Of a stretch of 64,000 nt of DNA, positions 11,895 through 25,049 are shown piece after piece. Under the pieces are notes generated by a model that saw only the letters and a list, made by a program, of their open reading frames with translations, had not been told where the DNA came from and ran no database searches. The translations under genes were made by a program, and so were the position numbers. The DNA is from Chiloscyllium plagiosum (Eukaryota): the NCBI RefSeq assembly GCF_004010195.1, contig NC_057718.1, positions 5,416,325 through 5,480,324 on the forward strand, in the 5' to 3' direction. The stretch's first letter is position 1. Each line of letters opens with the position of its first letter.

Positions 11895-12980
11895 AACATC
11901 CCAAACAGAGAGTAGATCTCTTCACTCTCACAGGAACTAATTTTCCTGTCATTGTAAACTGCTATGTTGACTGTTGGGAAGTGGACCAGTTGACATCAAT
12001 GATTACTGATGACATAGTTGGATGCCCAAAAGCACACTTCAGCTGTTGTTGCATTCTTGTCATTGTGAGGAGCTACATTGGCTCAGTTTACCAGTGATTT
12101 CAGCTACTTCATACATAAGTGGGAAATTCAACCCCACACATTACCTCCACACCATCCCAATTCAAATGGTGATAATAAAAATCGCAAAACGAAATCAAGA
12201 AATTGAGCCTAACCAGCCCCAGATCAATCCATTCCTTGAATGAAAATATGGACCCACTAAAGGCACAGATAGTAAATGCCACACCACACCAAAGTGACTC
12301 TTCCAATAGCAAACAAAAGTTACTGAAGCCAGAAGTAGTCACAAGTGGGAGTGACAAAAATCAAGGTGAAACAGTGGAACGCCAAATTACATCTTCACAA
12401 AGCTGCTCAATCATTGCCAGAGTTGAGAATGAAATAAGCAATCAGGTTCAGATCTTCAAATCTTTCAATAAAAGCCAGTCCAAGTGACAACTTGGGATCT
12501 GGGTAAAGCAGTTGCCTCCTTTATTTTATGCAATGGAAGTGGATGGCCAGATACAGCAAGACAACAACAGCAGGCACATAAGTGGTGGGAAGGCTGTTCC
12601 TCAACTGCCAGGGCCAATCAGAAATATGTGAACGTACTATCTGTACGAACCACAGACCAATCATGAGTCCTAATGGTACAACATTCCTGAAGAATGTAAA
12701 TTGAGCAACAGCAAACACCATGGCATTAACAAATGACATAAGGTCAACAGTCCCCGGGAAAGAACATCATCCAGATGAGCAGCCAATGACAATGTGCATA
12801 TGTACCATAAGAGACTGGAATGATTTAAAGACTATGTGCACGGTACATGTGCAGACACTGACAGAAAAAATGAAATGTTAATGACTGAGAACATTTGTGT
12901 GCATATTGTGTAACTTGGTTAACTCAAAATTGAATAGTATAGCATGCAACATTTGGGTTTTTATGCATTGAAAAGGAATG
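11895..12980 (+). mobile_element. Decayed Ty3/Gypsy LTR-retrotransposon integrase and 3' region
   Basis: DLFTLTGTNFPVIVNCYVDCWEVDQLTSM...KAHFS resembles the Gypsy IN core (DLF..YL.VDYYS.FWE...KAHF.R.GIP); possible PPT gaaaaggaa before TG at 12979. Confidence 0.7.
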
Positions 12981-13966
12981 TTTGGGATAAAGTTCAATGC
13001 TTCACCAATATGCCTTCTGGCTTGATGTACTCATGTGATGTTTACTCTGAGGCACAGACTGCAGGTATCCATCTTGCAGTTAGTTTCAATCAATGCCCAG
13101 TACAGGCCAGATAGTGTCTTGAGAATGCATAATAGACCTCTTATGTTAAACTCCAGGTCTGGAATCCTTTGCAACAAGAAATATCCTTTCCACTTACACC
13201 TTGTCATGACCATTTTAATTGGAGTTTCTGTCTCTGAATCATGTGGATTTGCCTTCAAACACATTCCAAAGAGGTTATATCATTCGTCTGTTCAAACTAT
13301 TGCAATATACAGTCGAATGAATGGATCAGTACCATCTTAGAAAACTCAGCCATCATGAAAGCTTGGACATGTGCAGTTCACACATTCACTGAGCAAACTC
13401 CATGAGTTATTGGGTTTATTGCCCTCATCCTGTTCCTAAAGAGCCTCATGTTTGATCTACTGTCCTAATTTGAAATCATGTTCTCTACCTCATAGAACCA
13501 ATATTTGGCATTCTAACTATTAAGTTATCAGATTTAAAGCATTGAACAAATATTCATGCTTCATTAGAACTGGATTTAATTGATTTGTTGAGTATGATCT
13601 ATGTAATCTGCAGTCAAACATGACAACAATCAGAGACTACTGCTACTGAGCAGTGAGTAACTGCACTGAGCTACCAACTCCAATATTCTCCTAATGCTCC
13701 ATTAAATGTGTATGATTTATTGAGAACCAGAAATCAGTGCTAGGTAGCTCATTCACATCAGTTACTTCCATGATCTGTTCTGTTTCAATAAATAGAAGCT
13801 GGGTGAACATGCAGGAAAGGAGATAGGAAATACACAGCTTCATGCATTGCATTGTGTAACTTTGTCAGAGCACTGCATTCTATGGTTGAAAGGTTTAGAG
13901 CTCAGATGTTGATGTCTCCTTTAAAATGTTGGCACACATACATGGATTTCTGGAATTTTTAATCAT

Positions 13967-15300
13967 TGAGTCATAGAGTGGTACAGCATGGAAACAGACC
14001 CTTCAATCCAACTCGTCCATGCTGACCAAATTTCCCAAACTAAATTAGTCCCATTTGCCTACATTTGGCCCATATCCCACACACTTTTCCTATTCATGTA
14101 CCTGAACAATTCTTTTAACTGCATCTGCATCTGCATCTGCATCTATCGCTTCCTCTGGCAATTCATTCCACATATGAACCACTCTCTGTGTGAAAACATT
14201 GTCCCTCAGGTCCCTTTTAAATCTTTCTCCACTCTCATTAAAAATATGCCCTCTAGTTTTGACCTCCCTTACCCGAGGGAAAAGGTGTTTGTTATTCACA
14301 TTATCTATGGTCTTGAATTTATAAACCTCTATAAGCTCACCCCTCAGCCTCCTATGGTCTTGTGAGAGAAGTCCCAGCTTATCCACCCTCTCCTTATGAC
14401 TTAAACCCTCCAATCCCGGCAATATCCTTGTAAATCTTTTCTGTACTCACTACAATTTAATAACATTTTTCCTATATCAGGGCGACCAGAACTGTACACA
14501 ATACCACAAATGTGACCTCACCAATGTCCTTTACAATCGCAACATGATATCCCAATTCCGATGTTCAAAGTTCTGAGCAATGAAGGCAAGCATGCCAAAT
14601 ATCTTCTTTACCACCCTGTCTACCTGTGAGGCAACTTTCAAAGAACTATGTACCTGAACTCCCTAGGTCACTCTAATTGACAATACTCCATAACACTATC
14701 ATTAACTGCAAAAGTTCTGTCCTTGTTCTTCTTGTGCATCACCTCACCCTTATCCAAATTAAACACCATCTACCACACCTCAGTCCTTTGGCACAATTGA
14801 TCAAGGTCCATTTGTAACTTTAGATAACCTTCTTCATTGTCCACTGTACCACCAATTTTGGTGTCATCCACAAACTTATTAACCATGCGTTCACAATTTT
14901 CATCTAAATCATTAATGAAAATGACAAATATCAATGGACCTAACACTAATCCCTGTGGAACACTGCTGGTCAGAGTCTACCATGCAGAACCTTGTCAAAG
15001 GCTTTACTAAAATCCATGTTGACAATGTCTACCACTCTGCCCTCATCCATCTTCTTGGTCACATCCTCAAAAAACTCAATCAAGTTTGTGAGACACGATT
15101 TCCCATGCACAAAGTCATGCTAACTATTCATAATTAGTCCTTTCCAAATACATATAAATCCTCTCAAAATCCTCTCCACCAACTTACTCACCACTGACAT
15201 CAGAGTCACTGGTATATATTTCCCAGTGTCATTGCGGTCTGTCTTAAATAAAGGCACAACATTAAACACCCCCCAGTTCTCCAGTACCTTATCTGTGACT
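13967..15300 (-). mobile_element. CR1 LINE RT fragment with internal deletions
   Basis: ORFs 14090-14422 and 15120-15344 carry CR1 RT motifs; gagtcatagag tail; internal (ctgcat)4 at 14119-14144. Confidence 0.9.
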
Positions 15301-15774
15301 GTTGCCTGTGTAACAGGCAACTTCCACTTCTTGGTGGGAATCATCCTACCCTTAACAGTGGACCTTTGTAAGGGTCCTCAGTGAAGTCGGGGACTCATTT
15401 ATGCTAAGGTCTAGCTCTTGTCACCATTCCCCATTGCGCAGGGCAGTATTAGGGGAGAGATTTCATTTTATTTACTGGCACCCCCACCTCTGACACTGGT
15501 TCTATCATTTGGGGTGTGGTAACATTCAAACCAAGTGTGTTTGAGTCTGAGAAAATATGGCTAAGCATGTGTGTATTTGTATATAGCTGTGTATGTGCAG
15601 GTATGTGCACATGAATACATACTTGTCAGGCTGTTCAAATGTATGCGTATAACCGTGAGTGTGAAATTGTGCATTTGCAGATGTGTGCATGGTGCATATG
15701 TGTGAATGTGGATTCCAGACAGACAGAGGGAATCTTCCTGCTGTGAGAATTGTGTCACTAATACACATTCTCAA

Positions 15775-16015
15775 ATTCCAATCACTTAATTCGAACTGTC
15801 AACATCCTTTCTGCCCTAGCACTTCATCCCCTGCCCCGTTCCCCCATTGCATAAATGCTGCCCCCCCCTCCACACTTCCCAACAGCTCTGAGGAAGAGTC
15901 ATCTAGACTCGAACCATTAGCTTGCTTGCTTTCCATGGATGCTGCCTGACCCGCTATGATCTCCAGCACTTTTTCTTTTCAGTACAGATTCTCGCATCTG
16001 CAGTAATTTGCTCAC
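15775..16015 (+). mobile_element. Penelope-like terminal fragment with decayed hammerhead motif
   Basis: ctgagga-agagtc-atcta-gactc-gaaccatt (15888-15918) followed by gatgctgcctgac...gcatctgcag terminus. Confidence 0.6.
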
Positions 16016-16424
16016 ACATTGATTTGTATTTGATATGTATTGACTAAATAGGAGAGAATGTAAGCAAAGGGAATGTCATTGGGGGACTGGGACCTACCTC
16101 CTGGTTTCTTAATGGCTACATTGTGTGATCACTTTGTATAGGACTGATCAGTATCATGTAAGAAGGATAAAGAGAAAACATTCATTTCTATGACACCTTA
16201 TAGGAATTAAGACAACAAAACATTTAATCAATTACCTTTGTCTCAATGAGGCTTCCTAAGTAATATTGCTTGGAAGACTCAGACTTTGAAGGATTGTGGA
16301 AAAAAGGATTTATTTCAAGTCTGGAGCCACTTCTTTAAATTAGGTCATTGAAAGAGATTTCTAGAAAAATCACATGACTTGTGAGAACTGCTTGCTTTGC
16401 TGCAGACCCTGCTGAGGCTATTTT

Positions 16425-16760
16425 GAAGAGGTAAAAACAATGACTGCAGATGCTGGAAACCAGATTATGGATCAGTGGTGCTGGAAGAGCACAGCAATTC
16501 AGGCAGCATCCGAGGACAGGCAAAATCGACGTTTCGGGCAAAAGCCCTTCATCAGGAATAAAGGCAGAGAGCCTGAAGCGTGGAGAGATAAGCTAGAGGA
16601 GGGTGGGGGTGGGGAGGAAAACTTCTTCAGGAAGGTGAGGCGTTCTTCCTCCAGGCGTCTGGTGGTGAGGGAGCGGCGGTGGAGGAGGCCCAGCACCTCC
16701 ATATCCTCGGCAGAGTGGGAGGGGGAGTTGAAATGTTGAGCCACTGGGCGATTGGGTCTG
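16425..16760 (-). mobile_element. Penelope-like element 3' end with GIY-YIG endonuclease remnant and intact hammerhead motif
   Basis: RPVAQHFNSPSHSAEDMEVLGLLHRRSLTTRRLEEERL; minus CUGAUGA-AGGGCUUUUGCCC-GAAACGUC at 16528-16555. Confidence 0.85.
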
Positions 16761-17299
16761 ACTTGTAAGATTCTTGGTTTATTTGCTTCAGTTGGAGAGA
16801 AGCCACCTAAGAATAAGCTGAGTTGGAGGGAAGCCTGTAAAGCACAAGTTGTCCAGCTGATCTCACACATTTTTGAAAAGAAAACCCTCCACATCAAATC
16901 TGGGTGAAACCTACTTGTTGTTCAGAAAGAGTGAATGAAAAAAAATCTTAAGATTGTACTTCTTGAGCCAGCTGTGTCTGCAAGACTTCAGAGACAAACA
17001 TACATGATTAATGACTTGATCACGCCTGCCAAAATGTCAAAGCAATGTTCTTCAGGATATAAAACCAAAGAACTTGTGAAAGTTGGAAGTCCAAACCAAA
17101 AGCAGAAAATGTTGGAGACACTCAGCAGGTCTTGCAGCATCTGTAGAATGAAAGGAGAGTTAAAGTTTTGGGTCTAATGACACTTCTTCTGAACTCTATT
17201 CAAGAATAACCATTGGATAATGTGTTTTTTATTTTCAGAAAGCCAAAAAACATTTTCGTTTGTTTGGAGAGAAAAGGGTGGGGTGGGGGGAAGAGGGAG

Positions 17300-17338
17300 A
17301 AGAGAGAGTGTGTGTGCGTGTGTGTGTGTGTGTGTGTG
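17300..17338. repeat. (GA)n(GT)n microsatellite
   Basis: agagagagtgtgtgtgcgtgtgtgtgtgtgtgtgtg. Confidence 0.95.
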
Positions 17339-19082
17339 ATTACATTTGTATTGAATTTTTCTTATTAATAATAAACCAATGATTATGTTTAATTAAGAAA
17401 CTTGGTCGATAGATCTTTTTGTTTTAAACCTGATTTCAGTAAGCTGTTTATTTGATCACATTGACAAGAGGGAATAGTATTTTTATTTATATAATGACCC
17501 ATGGAGCAGTAGGATTAGAGCCTTGGTAAAAATACTTTGGAACGTAGTTGCTTTTGTCATTTACCAAATGCAGCAAGCAATTTGTGGTTAGCAAACTCTC
17601 ACACCCTTTAATTTGACTAAATAATCTGTTTAAGTGATGTTAGTTACGGGATAAAGATTGACATCATTAATTTACGAACAATACACTGACATCATTGGCT
17701 CAGTGATTTAGCTCTGAGGTTTAGGTTAGTAACTGTCCAGTATATACCAATATTACCTGAGATCTGATTTAATTCCCCAGAATAATTTGAGCAGGTGACT
17801 TGTTACCGTTGGCATGGAAATATCAAAGCCCATCTGAGTAGTGACATAAAACCTGGAGGTAGTTTTTCTGTGGATTGTAGCTTGTTGAGTGGTTGGTTGG
17901 TTTCTGTGACGTTATTATTTTAACGTTCAACAGCTGGTAAGAGAGAAATGGGCATGACTCCCTCTCCTGGCTTACACCCTGTCCAACTTTCACAAAGAGT
18001 TTACGAGAGAGAGAGAGAGAGCGAACAGCAAAATACGACAGAGAATGAGAAAAAGAATGAGAGTGTGTGTGAAAGATGATGAGCTTGTAAAAAGGAACAC
18101 GTGAATGACAACAAAAGAGGGAGAGAGAACAAGGATTTATAAGAAGAAGAGAGCAAGAGGGCGAGATTCTGAGAGCAAGTGAAAGGACAGAAGAGGAAGA
18201 TTGTGAACAAAAATGATTGAATGAATGGGAAAATATAAGAGCGATTGCATTTAGAAGCATGAGAGTGAAAATGATTGCATGGGAGAGGACTGCTTAGGTC
18301 CACAAGCCACAATGTGGCACATCCCTCTTAAAGCTTTAATATTAAATGTTTTGAACACCAACTCAACAACGTTGCTTCAACAGAACCTCACTGCCCAGTA
18401 ACATTCACCACTGAGGATACAAAAGAAACAAGAACATTAGCTTCATGTTCCCCTCCAAGTCCTACACCACTCAAGCATGAAGATTAAACACCTTTCCTTT
18501 TCTATCACTGAGCCAATTTCGAAAGATTTCTGACCGAGCATGACTGTGAGAGCGTCTTCATCTCACAATCATAACAATTCAGTGGGAAAGCCTCGCTCCC
18601 ATCTTCTGAAGAAGCAGTTGCGATGGACAGTAAATGCAGCCTTGGCAGTGACACCCATCACCCCCCGCCCATCCTAATGGCAGGGAATAAAAGACTCAGT
18701 GTAACCTCAAAAGGGGACTAGTATTCACATAGATGAGCTCCAGTTTGGCAGGGTTGGAGAGGTAAGTCATGTTTGTCCAAACACCTAGATTAATTGAGTA
18801 GTTTTCTCTTTCTGACCTGGTGGTGACCCAGTCCCAATGTTTGATCAGTAGCCCCAGAAGAAGAGATTGCTTTTAGCAGTTATCAAAATATGATGTCACC
18901 GTGGTGAACAAAACTACTGACTGATGTTGCTGAAGATAGATTAAATCTGCACTTGAATGATGGCCAGCATTTACTTTCAGAGGGAGGTGGTCTCCCAGTA
19001 TGACGTGACCACCACCCACCCCCCACCCCCACCCCTCAATCCCAGCATCAACACCTTATCCTCCTTCTACAACCCTTACAAC

Positions 19083-19390
19083 TCATTGGGCAACATAGAT
19101 TTGTCTAAGTCAGAAGCTTATGAGTTCAAGTCCCATTCCAGAGATTTATCACCAATATCTAGTTGACAGTGTAGTGCTGAGGAAAGCTGCATTGTTGGGG
19201 GTGCTGACTTATAGATGAGATCTTAAACTAAGCCCTGTCTGTCCACTCAGTTAGACATAAAAGATCCAAGGATACCCCTCAAGATACAGCATATGGTTGC
19301 TTTCTCATGTCCTGTCCAATGTTTATCAAATAGATAATCAAATCATGGTCATTAATTCTAGTGCTCAGATTGGCTCCTGTATTTCCTATA
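19083..19390 (+). mobile_element. Deu-domain SINE (SacSINE1-like)
   Basis: gagttcaagtcccattccagaga B-box region; gtgctgaggaaagctgcattgttgggggtgc...gatgagatcttaaac...aaaagatcc core. Confidence 0.75.
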
Positions 19391-19391
19391 G

Positions 19392-19606
19392 GCAAAAGTG
19401 AGGACTGCAGATGCTGGAAACCAGAGTTTAGATTAGAGTGGTGCTGGAAAAGCACAGCAGGTCAGGCAGCATCCTAGGAGCAGGAAAATCAATGTTTCAG
19501 GCAAAAGTCCTTCATCAGGAGCGGCTTTTGCCCAAAACATCAATTTTCCTGCTCCTCGGATGCTGCCTGACCTGCTGTGCTTTTCCAGCACCACTCTAAT
19601 CTAAAC
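19392..19606 (-). mobile_element. Penelope-like fold-back element, hammerhead decayed by CpG loss
   Basis: Inverted arms ~19424-19509 / ~19523-19608; imperfect TSD ctcctgtatttcctat / ctcctgaacttcctat. Confidence 0.8.
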
Positions 19607-20149
19607 TCCTGAACTTCCTATGGCAGTGAAGAACTGTGGTATATTCTGAAATGTTAAAAGGAAAGCATTGAGTTAATTTCTTTCACAAGAATTCATTCTC
19701 TTTTGCCCTCCATTCTCAAGTAGAATGCAGAGGCTTTTAGGCACAATGGGCTGAAAGTCTTCCTCTTGTGCAAACCAACTTTGTGATTCTGAGGATTAGG
19801 TTGCAAAAAGTAACATAGATAAATCATTTCCAATATCTTCAGACTTGATGCTCAAGTTTTCACACAAACATGAGAGTGGTTTTGATTCAATTCAAGAGCT
19901 GAAATATCGCCAACACATTATAATAAAATTTGTTATTCTTCTTTCACAAGTTCCTATTGCCAATTGTCACATCGCCCAGTTTAATTGAATTATGACTCTT
20001 GTGGACTGCTGCATGTAACTTGTTGTCTGGAACCTCCACACGCTTCTGAAAGTTTGATGACAAGAATTGGACACGAGAAATCAGATGAGCACAAAACATT
20101 TTTGTGAATCTTTTGAGAAGATTCATTGCGGTTTCCCTGCCTTCATGTG

Positions 20150-20530
20150 TATTTGTTGGGTCTGGTGCTGGCGGTAGGGAAATGGTGTCGGAAGGGCATC
20201 ACAGCAACATCGATGATGTGGGCTGTGGTGAGAGGCTCTGACGTTGGTGAGCCTGGCACCAGTAGTGGTGAAGGTGAATCCGCCCAGGGGTGAAAGATGG
20301 TGCCTGAGAATCGGCGATATTGATGTTAGTTCGATGTCGCGAGGTGTTGATGGTTCTGAAGTTCAGAACTCAAACATGGATGGACTTTTCTTTAAGTGAT
20401 ATCTTTTAATTTTTCTCTTTTAATTGTTCTTAAACTGTCAATATGGTGCTGTATCGTGGTGGCGAATGAAGGCTTTTATTGTATTTGTCATGTAAAACAC
20501 ATGTGACAATAAAAACCATTTGTTCATTCA
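20150..20530 (+). mobile_element. Non-autonomous element with Rex1/Babar-like 3' tail
   Basis: Ends cttttattgt...catgtgacaataaa...ttcattc, like the Rex1/Babar 3' ends elsewhere in the window. Confidence 0.5.
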
Positions 20531-20664
20531 ACTGATGTTATTACTGGACAAGTCAGATCCCAGACTGAATTTTGGCTGGATACATCAAAATTTATTTTGT
20601 TTTTGGTTTTAACCAGGTGGTTGTTCACTGAAACATAAGTTGTTTTAACAATAAAACCATAAGC

Positions 20665-20935
20665 AAGAGTGAGGACTGCAGATGCTGGAAACCAGCGTTT
20701 AGATCAGAGTGGTGCTGGAAAAGTATAGCAGGTCAGACAGCATCCGAGGAGCAGGAAAATCGACGTTTTAGGCAAAAGACCTTCATCAAAAATAGAGGCA
20801 GGGTGCCTCCAGGGTGGAGAGATAAATAAGAGGGGGGTGGGGCTGGGGAGAAGGTAGTAAAGAGTAGACTCAGTGAGATTCTTGTGGAGAGAGGAGGAGA
20901 ACTTCTTCAAAGTAGGCATCCTTGCAAGAGGATTT
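20665..20935 (-). mobile_element. Penelope-like terminal fragment
   Basis: gtgaggactgcagatgctgg...cgacgttttaggcaaaagaccttcatc; same family as 16425-16760. Confidence 0.8.
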
Positions 20936-21016
20936 GTTTATTAACCAAAAAAAGTATAAGGCAATTTATTTATACATAATACAAATTCAAAACTTTTTAA
21001 AGACATGCTACAAGTA

Positions 21017-21733
21017 TAGAACATAGAACATAGAATATAAAACAATACAGCGCAGAACAGGCCCTTCAGCCTTCGATGTTGCGCTGACCTGTGAACTGTT
21101 CTCAACTCATCCCCCTACACTATCCCATCGTCATCCATGTGTTTATCCAAGGATTGTTTAAATCTCCCTAATGTGGCTAAGTTGACTACATTGGCAGGCA
21201 GAGTATTGCATTCCCTTACCACTCTCTGAGTAAAGAACGTGCCTCTGACACCTGTCTTAAACCTATCACCCCTCAATTTGTAGTTATGTCCCTCGTACAA
21301 GCTGACGTCATCATCCTAGAAAAAAGACTTTCACTGTCTACCCTTTCTAATCCTCTGATCATCTTGTCTGTCTCTATCAAATCACCTCTTAGCCTTCTTC
21401 TTTCCAATGAGAACAGACCCAAGTCTCTCAGCCTTTCCTCATAAGAGCTTCCCTCCAGACCAGGCAGCATGCTGGTAAATCTCCTCTGCACCTTTTCCAA
21501 TGCTTCCATATCCTTCCCAAAATATGGGGACCACAACTGTACACAATATTCCAAGTGCAACTGCACTAGCATTTTGTACAGTTGCAGCATGATATTGTGG
21601 TTCTGGAACTCAATCCCTCTACCAATGAAACCTAACACACCGTATGCCTTCTTCACAGCACTATCCACCTGGGTGGCAACTTTCAAGGATCTATGTATAT
21701 GGACTCCAAGATTCCTCTGCACATCCACACTAC
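21017..21733 (-). mobile_element. CR1 LINE 3' fragment
   Basis: ORFs 21273-21728 and 21115-21300; (tagaaca)n tail. Confidence 0.92.
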
Positions 21734-22123
21734 CATTTGCCTCCTTTCAGCCCAATTCTGCAGTTTATCCCATTAATCCCAAAGCACTCCTTAATAGATC
21801 CAAAAACATTCTTGTAGAGTACTCAAACCAGAGGAACAATCTTTTTCTTACACCACAAGGTAACCGATTTCAATTCCCATTCTGAAAAGAAATTGTTAGC
21901 ATTTTTCTGGAGCCTTCCCACACCCTGAGTTTAAACATGGCTGGTGAGGAAATGAGTAATCAGCACAGCAGGCATGTGGTGTTCATGGCCTGGAAGAATT
22001 GGTTGGGGAAAAGTGATTGAGGGAAGTAGTGGGAGGGATAAAGGATGAGCCATAATGGAAGGTATGTGCAGTAGCAGAGATTGAATGAGTATGAGGTAGC
22101 AGAAAGAAGATGGATGCACTTAC

Positions 22124-22351
22124 CCTTGCAGTGTAGGGGATGTCATTGAGTTTTTCCTTGCATTTTTGGACACTTCACCAGATGGCTGAGATTGCACTGG
22201 CGAAGGTGGCAATCTCGGATGAGGGTCGGTGTCATGGTCTCATCTGCCTGTTCTGTGTTAAGAGGACATCCCTCCTCTGCACTATACCATCCACAGTGAC
22301 TTCCGGGTCCCTGTCCACAAAGCAGGGCACCAATATCCCCTTCTCTAGCAC
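22124..22351 (-). pseudogene. Decayed Myb/SANT-like DNA-binding exon, probably from a PIF/Harbinger DNA transposon
   Basis: Minus frame VLEKGILVPCFVDRDPEVTVDGIVQRRDVLL...*...EIATFASAISAIW*SVQKCKEKLNDIPYTAR followed by GTAAGT donor; two in-frame stops. Confidence 0.65.
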
Positions 22352-22934
22352 ATCTGAGGCAAATGTTACAAACCATGCAGCGCAACTCTGGGCTGAGTGC
22401 ACAACAGACTTTTAACAATGCCAGAGACGCAGGTCAATCCCAGGATATCCTGGCAGGGATGAGCATTTCCAGAGACAATAAGTGGGAGAATCAGACTAAC
22501 ATCAGTTAAGAGGGGCACACATGGGTGAGGTTGCTAATTAACGAGACCAATTTGGAATGATCATATGCGAGTCTCGTGAACAAAAGCCTTCCATGAGAAT
22601 TAACAAAAATTATACTTAAACAAAACTTTCAGTCCATGGTCTGTGTGTTGTGTATCTTCAAGGTTTCTTCAACTTTCACTGTGACCTCAGTGTGTCATAA
22701 AGCTCAGGGAAAATGCACTTCCATTCCCTTGTTTGATTTTTGTGTTGCTTTTAAGTTAATGGGTACCATTGCTTTTACAAAGCTAACTTATAGACCTCGC
22801 CTTGGGCCGTGCGAAGCTATAATGATGCACTTTAAGTGATGCAGCATTTCCCACTTTCACATCTGAGGTCATGAATTGAAGTCCAACACCAACACTCATC
22901 AATAACCAAACACCAATCATATAGCAAAGGAATG

Positions 22935-23480
22935 GGAGGAACAAACATGGAACAGGATGTTACTGCAGCTTTATAAGATTTTGGTTAGGTCAAACCTAGA
23001 GTACTGCATTCAATTCTGGTTGCCACAATACCGGAAAGATATGGAGGCACTGGAAGGGGGTGCAGAAGAGGTTTACCAGGATGCTGCCTGGATGAGAGGG
23101 TATGAGCTAAAAGGAGAGACTCGAAAAGCTCGAGTTGTTTCCTGTGGAGCGGTGGAGACTTGATAGAAGGCTATAACATTATGCGATGCATAGCTAGGGT
23201 TGACGATCAGAATATTTTTCCCAAAGTTGAAATGTTTAATATTAGGAGCATGCAGTTAAGGTGAGCGGGGGAAGGTTCACAGGAGATGAGAGGGGCAAGT
23301 CTTTGACACAAAGAGTGACAGGTGTCTGGAAGAGCTGGTGTAGCAGATACAACAGGGGCACATGAATATGCAAAGAATAGCAGGATATGGACAAGGGCAG
23401 GCAGAAGAGATTCATTTAATCTGGCATCACGTTTTGCACAACATTGTGGGTTGAAGGCCCTTTCCTGTGCGGTACTTTTG
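22935..23480 (+). mobile_element. CR1 LINE 3' fragment
   Basis: MLLQLYKILVRSNLEYCIQFWLPQYRKD. Confidence 0.85.
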
Positions 23481-23724
23481 TATATTTTGTGAAGCTTTGT
23501 CTGCCCTCTCAGTGGAACTGAAAGATCCTGTGACAAATCATTCATTCAAGACCTGGGGAGCTTTCCTCTCAGGCTAATATTTATTTCACAAAAAACCATC
23601 AAAAGCAGATTGTCCATCCTTGACATGATCATATTTTTGAGAATTTTCTTTGCATAAATTGACCATATCTTCACCTAAATTGTGACAGAAAACACATCTT
23701 AAATGGACTGAATGACCTAAATCA

Positions 23725-24690
23725 CAAGACCATAAGAAATAGGAGGAGGCCATTCAGCCCTCTGTGCCTACATCACCATTCAACAAGATTATTGCTGATC
23801 TGATTATGATCTCAACTCCACTTTTCTGCCTGCCTCCATGGATTCACTTCTTGATTAAGAGCGTGGCAAAATGAGCCAGTCTCCTCTGCTGCTTGCAGGA
23901 AAAAGAAACTCCAAAGGCTGATGACCCCTTTTCAATTGTGGACCCTTGTTTCAAAATGTGCCATGTCATTATAGCATCCCCCATGGGACTCTCCCTCTCT
24001 GCCTGTTCTCTGTCAAGCCCCCTCAGAATAATATCCTCTTGCGTCCTTCAACGCTCCAATGACTCTAGACTCAATCTGCTCAACCTTTCGCCATAGGCAT
24101 GCCCATTCACACCAGGAATCAGTCAAATGAATCTTCTCTGAATTATTTCCAATGCAAGTCCATTGTTTCTTAAATAAGATGAAACTACTCCATTGAGGTC
24201 CTCTTTATTTACACAGGAAGAGTCATTGACATTGATCCAACTCTCAGAGTGAACAGAATGTCTGATATTCCTGTTCTTATGTCAGCCAGGGCTCCCTGAT
24301 TGAACAACATTAAGAGCCCCAATCAGGGAACCCATATTCTTTGAGGTCAGTCTGGCTGCCCTCATTACAATCACTACACAAAGTTATATACAGCACTCCA
24401 GATGGAGTTCCACCAACATACAGTATGATTACAGTAAGATTTTCCTCATTTGATACCTTGCAATAAACATTAACATTCCATTTGCCTTCTGAACCACATC
24501 CTGTAATTGCATGCTAACTTTGTGTAATTCATCAACAAGGATTCTCTGTTGCAGAGTTTTGCAATCTCTTTCCCTTGAAATAATGTGCTGTTTCTCTCTT
24601 CTTGCCAAAGTGGACATTATATTTTCCCACATTATGTTTCATCTGCCACCTTTTTAACCACCCACCTTTTCCTTCCATATTCTTTTATGG
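23725..24690 (-). mobile_element. Old CR1 fragment interrupted by an LTR-like insertion (~24180-24378)
   Basis: KANGMLMFIAR motif; ccataagaaataggag tail; insert shares agggctccctgattg with 7450-7465 and ends cactaca. Confidence 0.6.
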
Positions 24691-24734
24691 ACACTTTGGA
24701 TACAATTTGACTCAGGAGCCACAGAGTGACTCTG

Positions 24735-25049
24735 ATTAGATTAGATTAGATTATAGTGTGGAAACAGGCCCTTCGGCCCAACAAGTCCACACCGACCCGC
24801 CGAAACGAAACCCACCCATACCCCTACATTTACCCCTTACCTAACACTACGGGCAATTTATTATGGCCAATTCACCTGACCCTACACATCTTTGGATGGT
24901 GGGAGGAAACCGGAGCACCCGGAGGAAACCCACGCAGACACGGGGAGAACGTGCAAACTCCACACAGTCAGTCGCCTTAGGCGGGAATTGAACCCGGGTC
25001 TCTGGCGCTGTGAGGCAGCAGTGCTAACCACTGTGCCACCGTGCCGCCC
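24735..25049 (-). mobile_element. Young full-length HE1/V-SINE-type SINE with TSD
   Basis: CpG-rich head gggcggcacggtggcacagtggttagc, (taatc)n tail, 13-bp TSD cagagtgactctg (24722-24734, 25058-25070). Confidence 0.95.

Noticed and set aside
17823..18312. Ser/Leu/Phe-rich minus-strand ORFs
   Set aside because: They result from GA-rich low-complexity sequence
24975..25049. tRNA-like A/B-box sequences here and at other SINE heads
   Set aside because: They are SINE heads continuous with SINE bodies and tails, not tRNA genes
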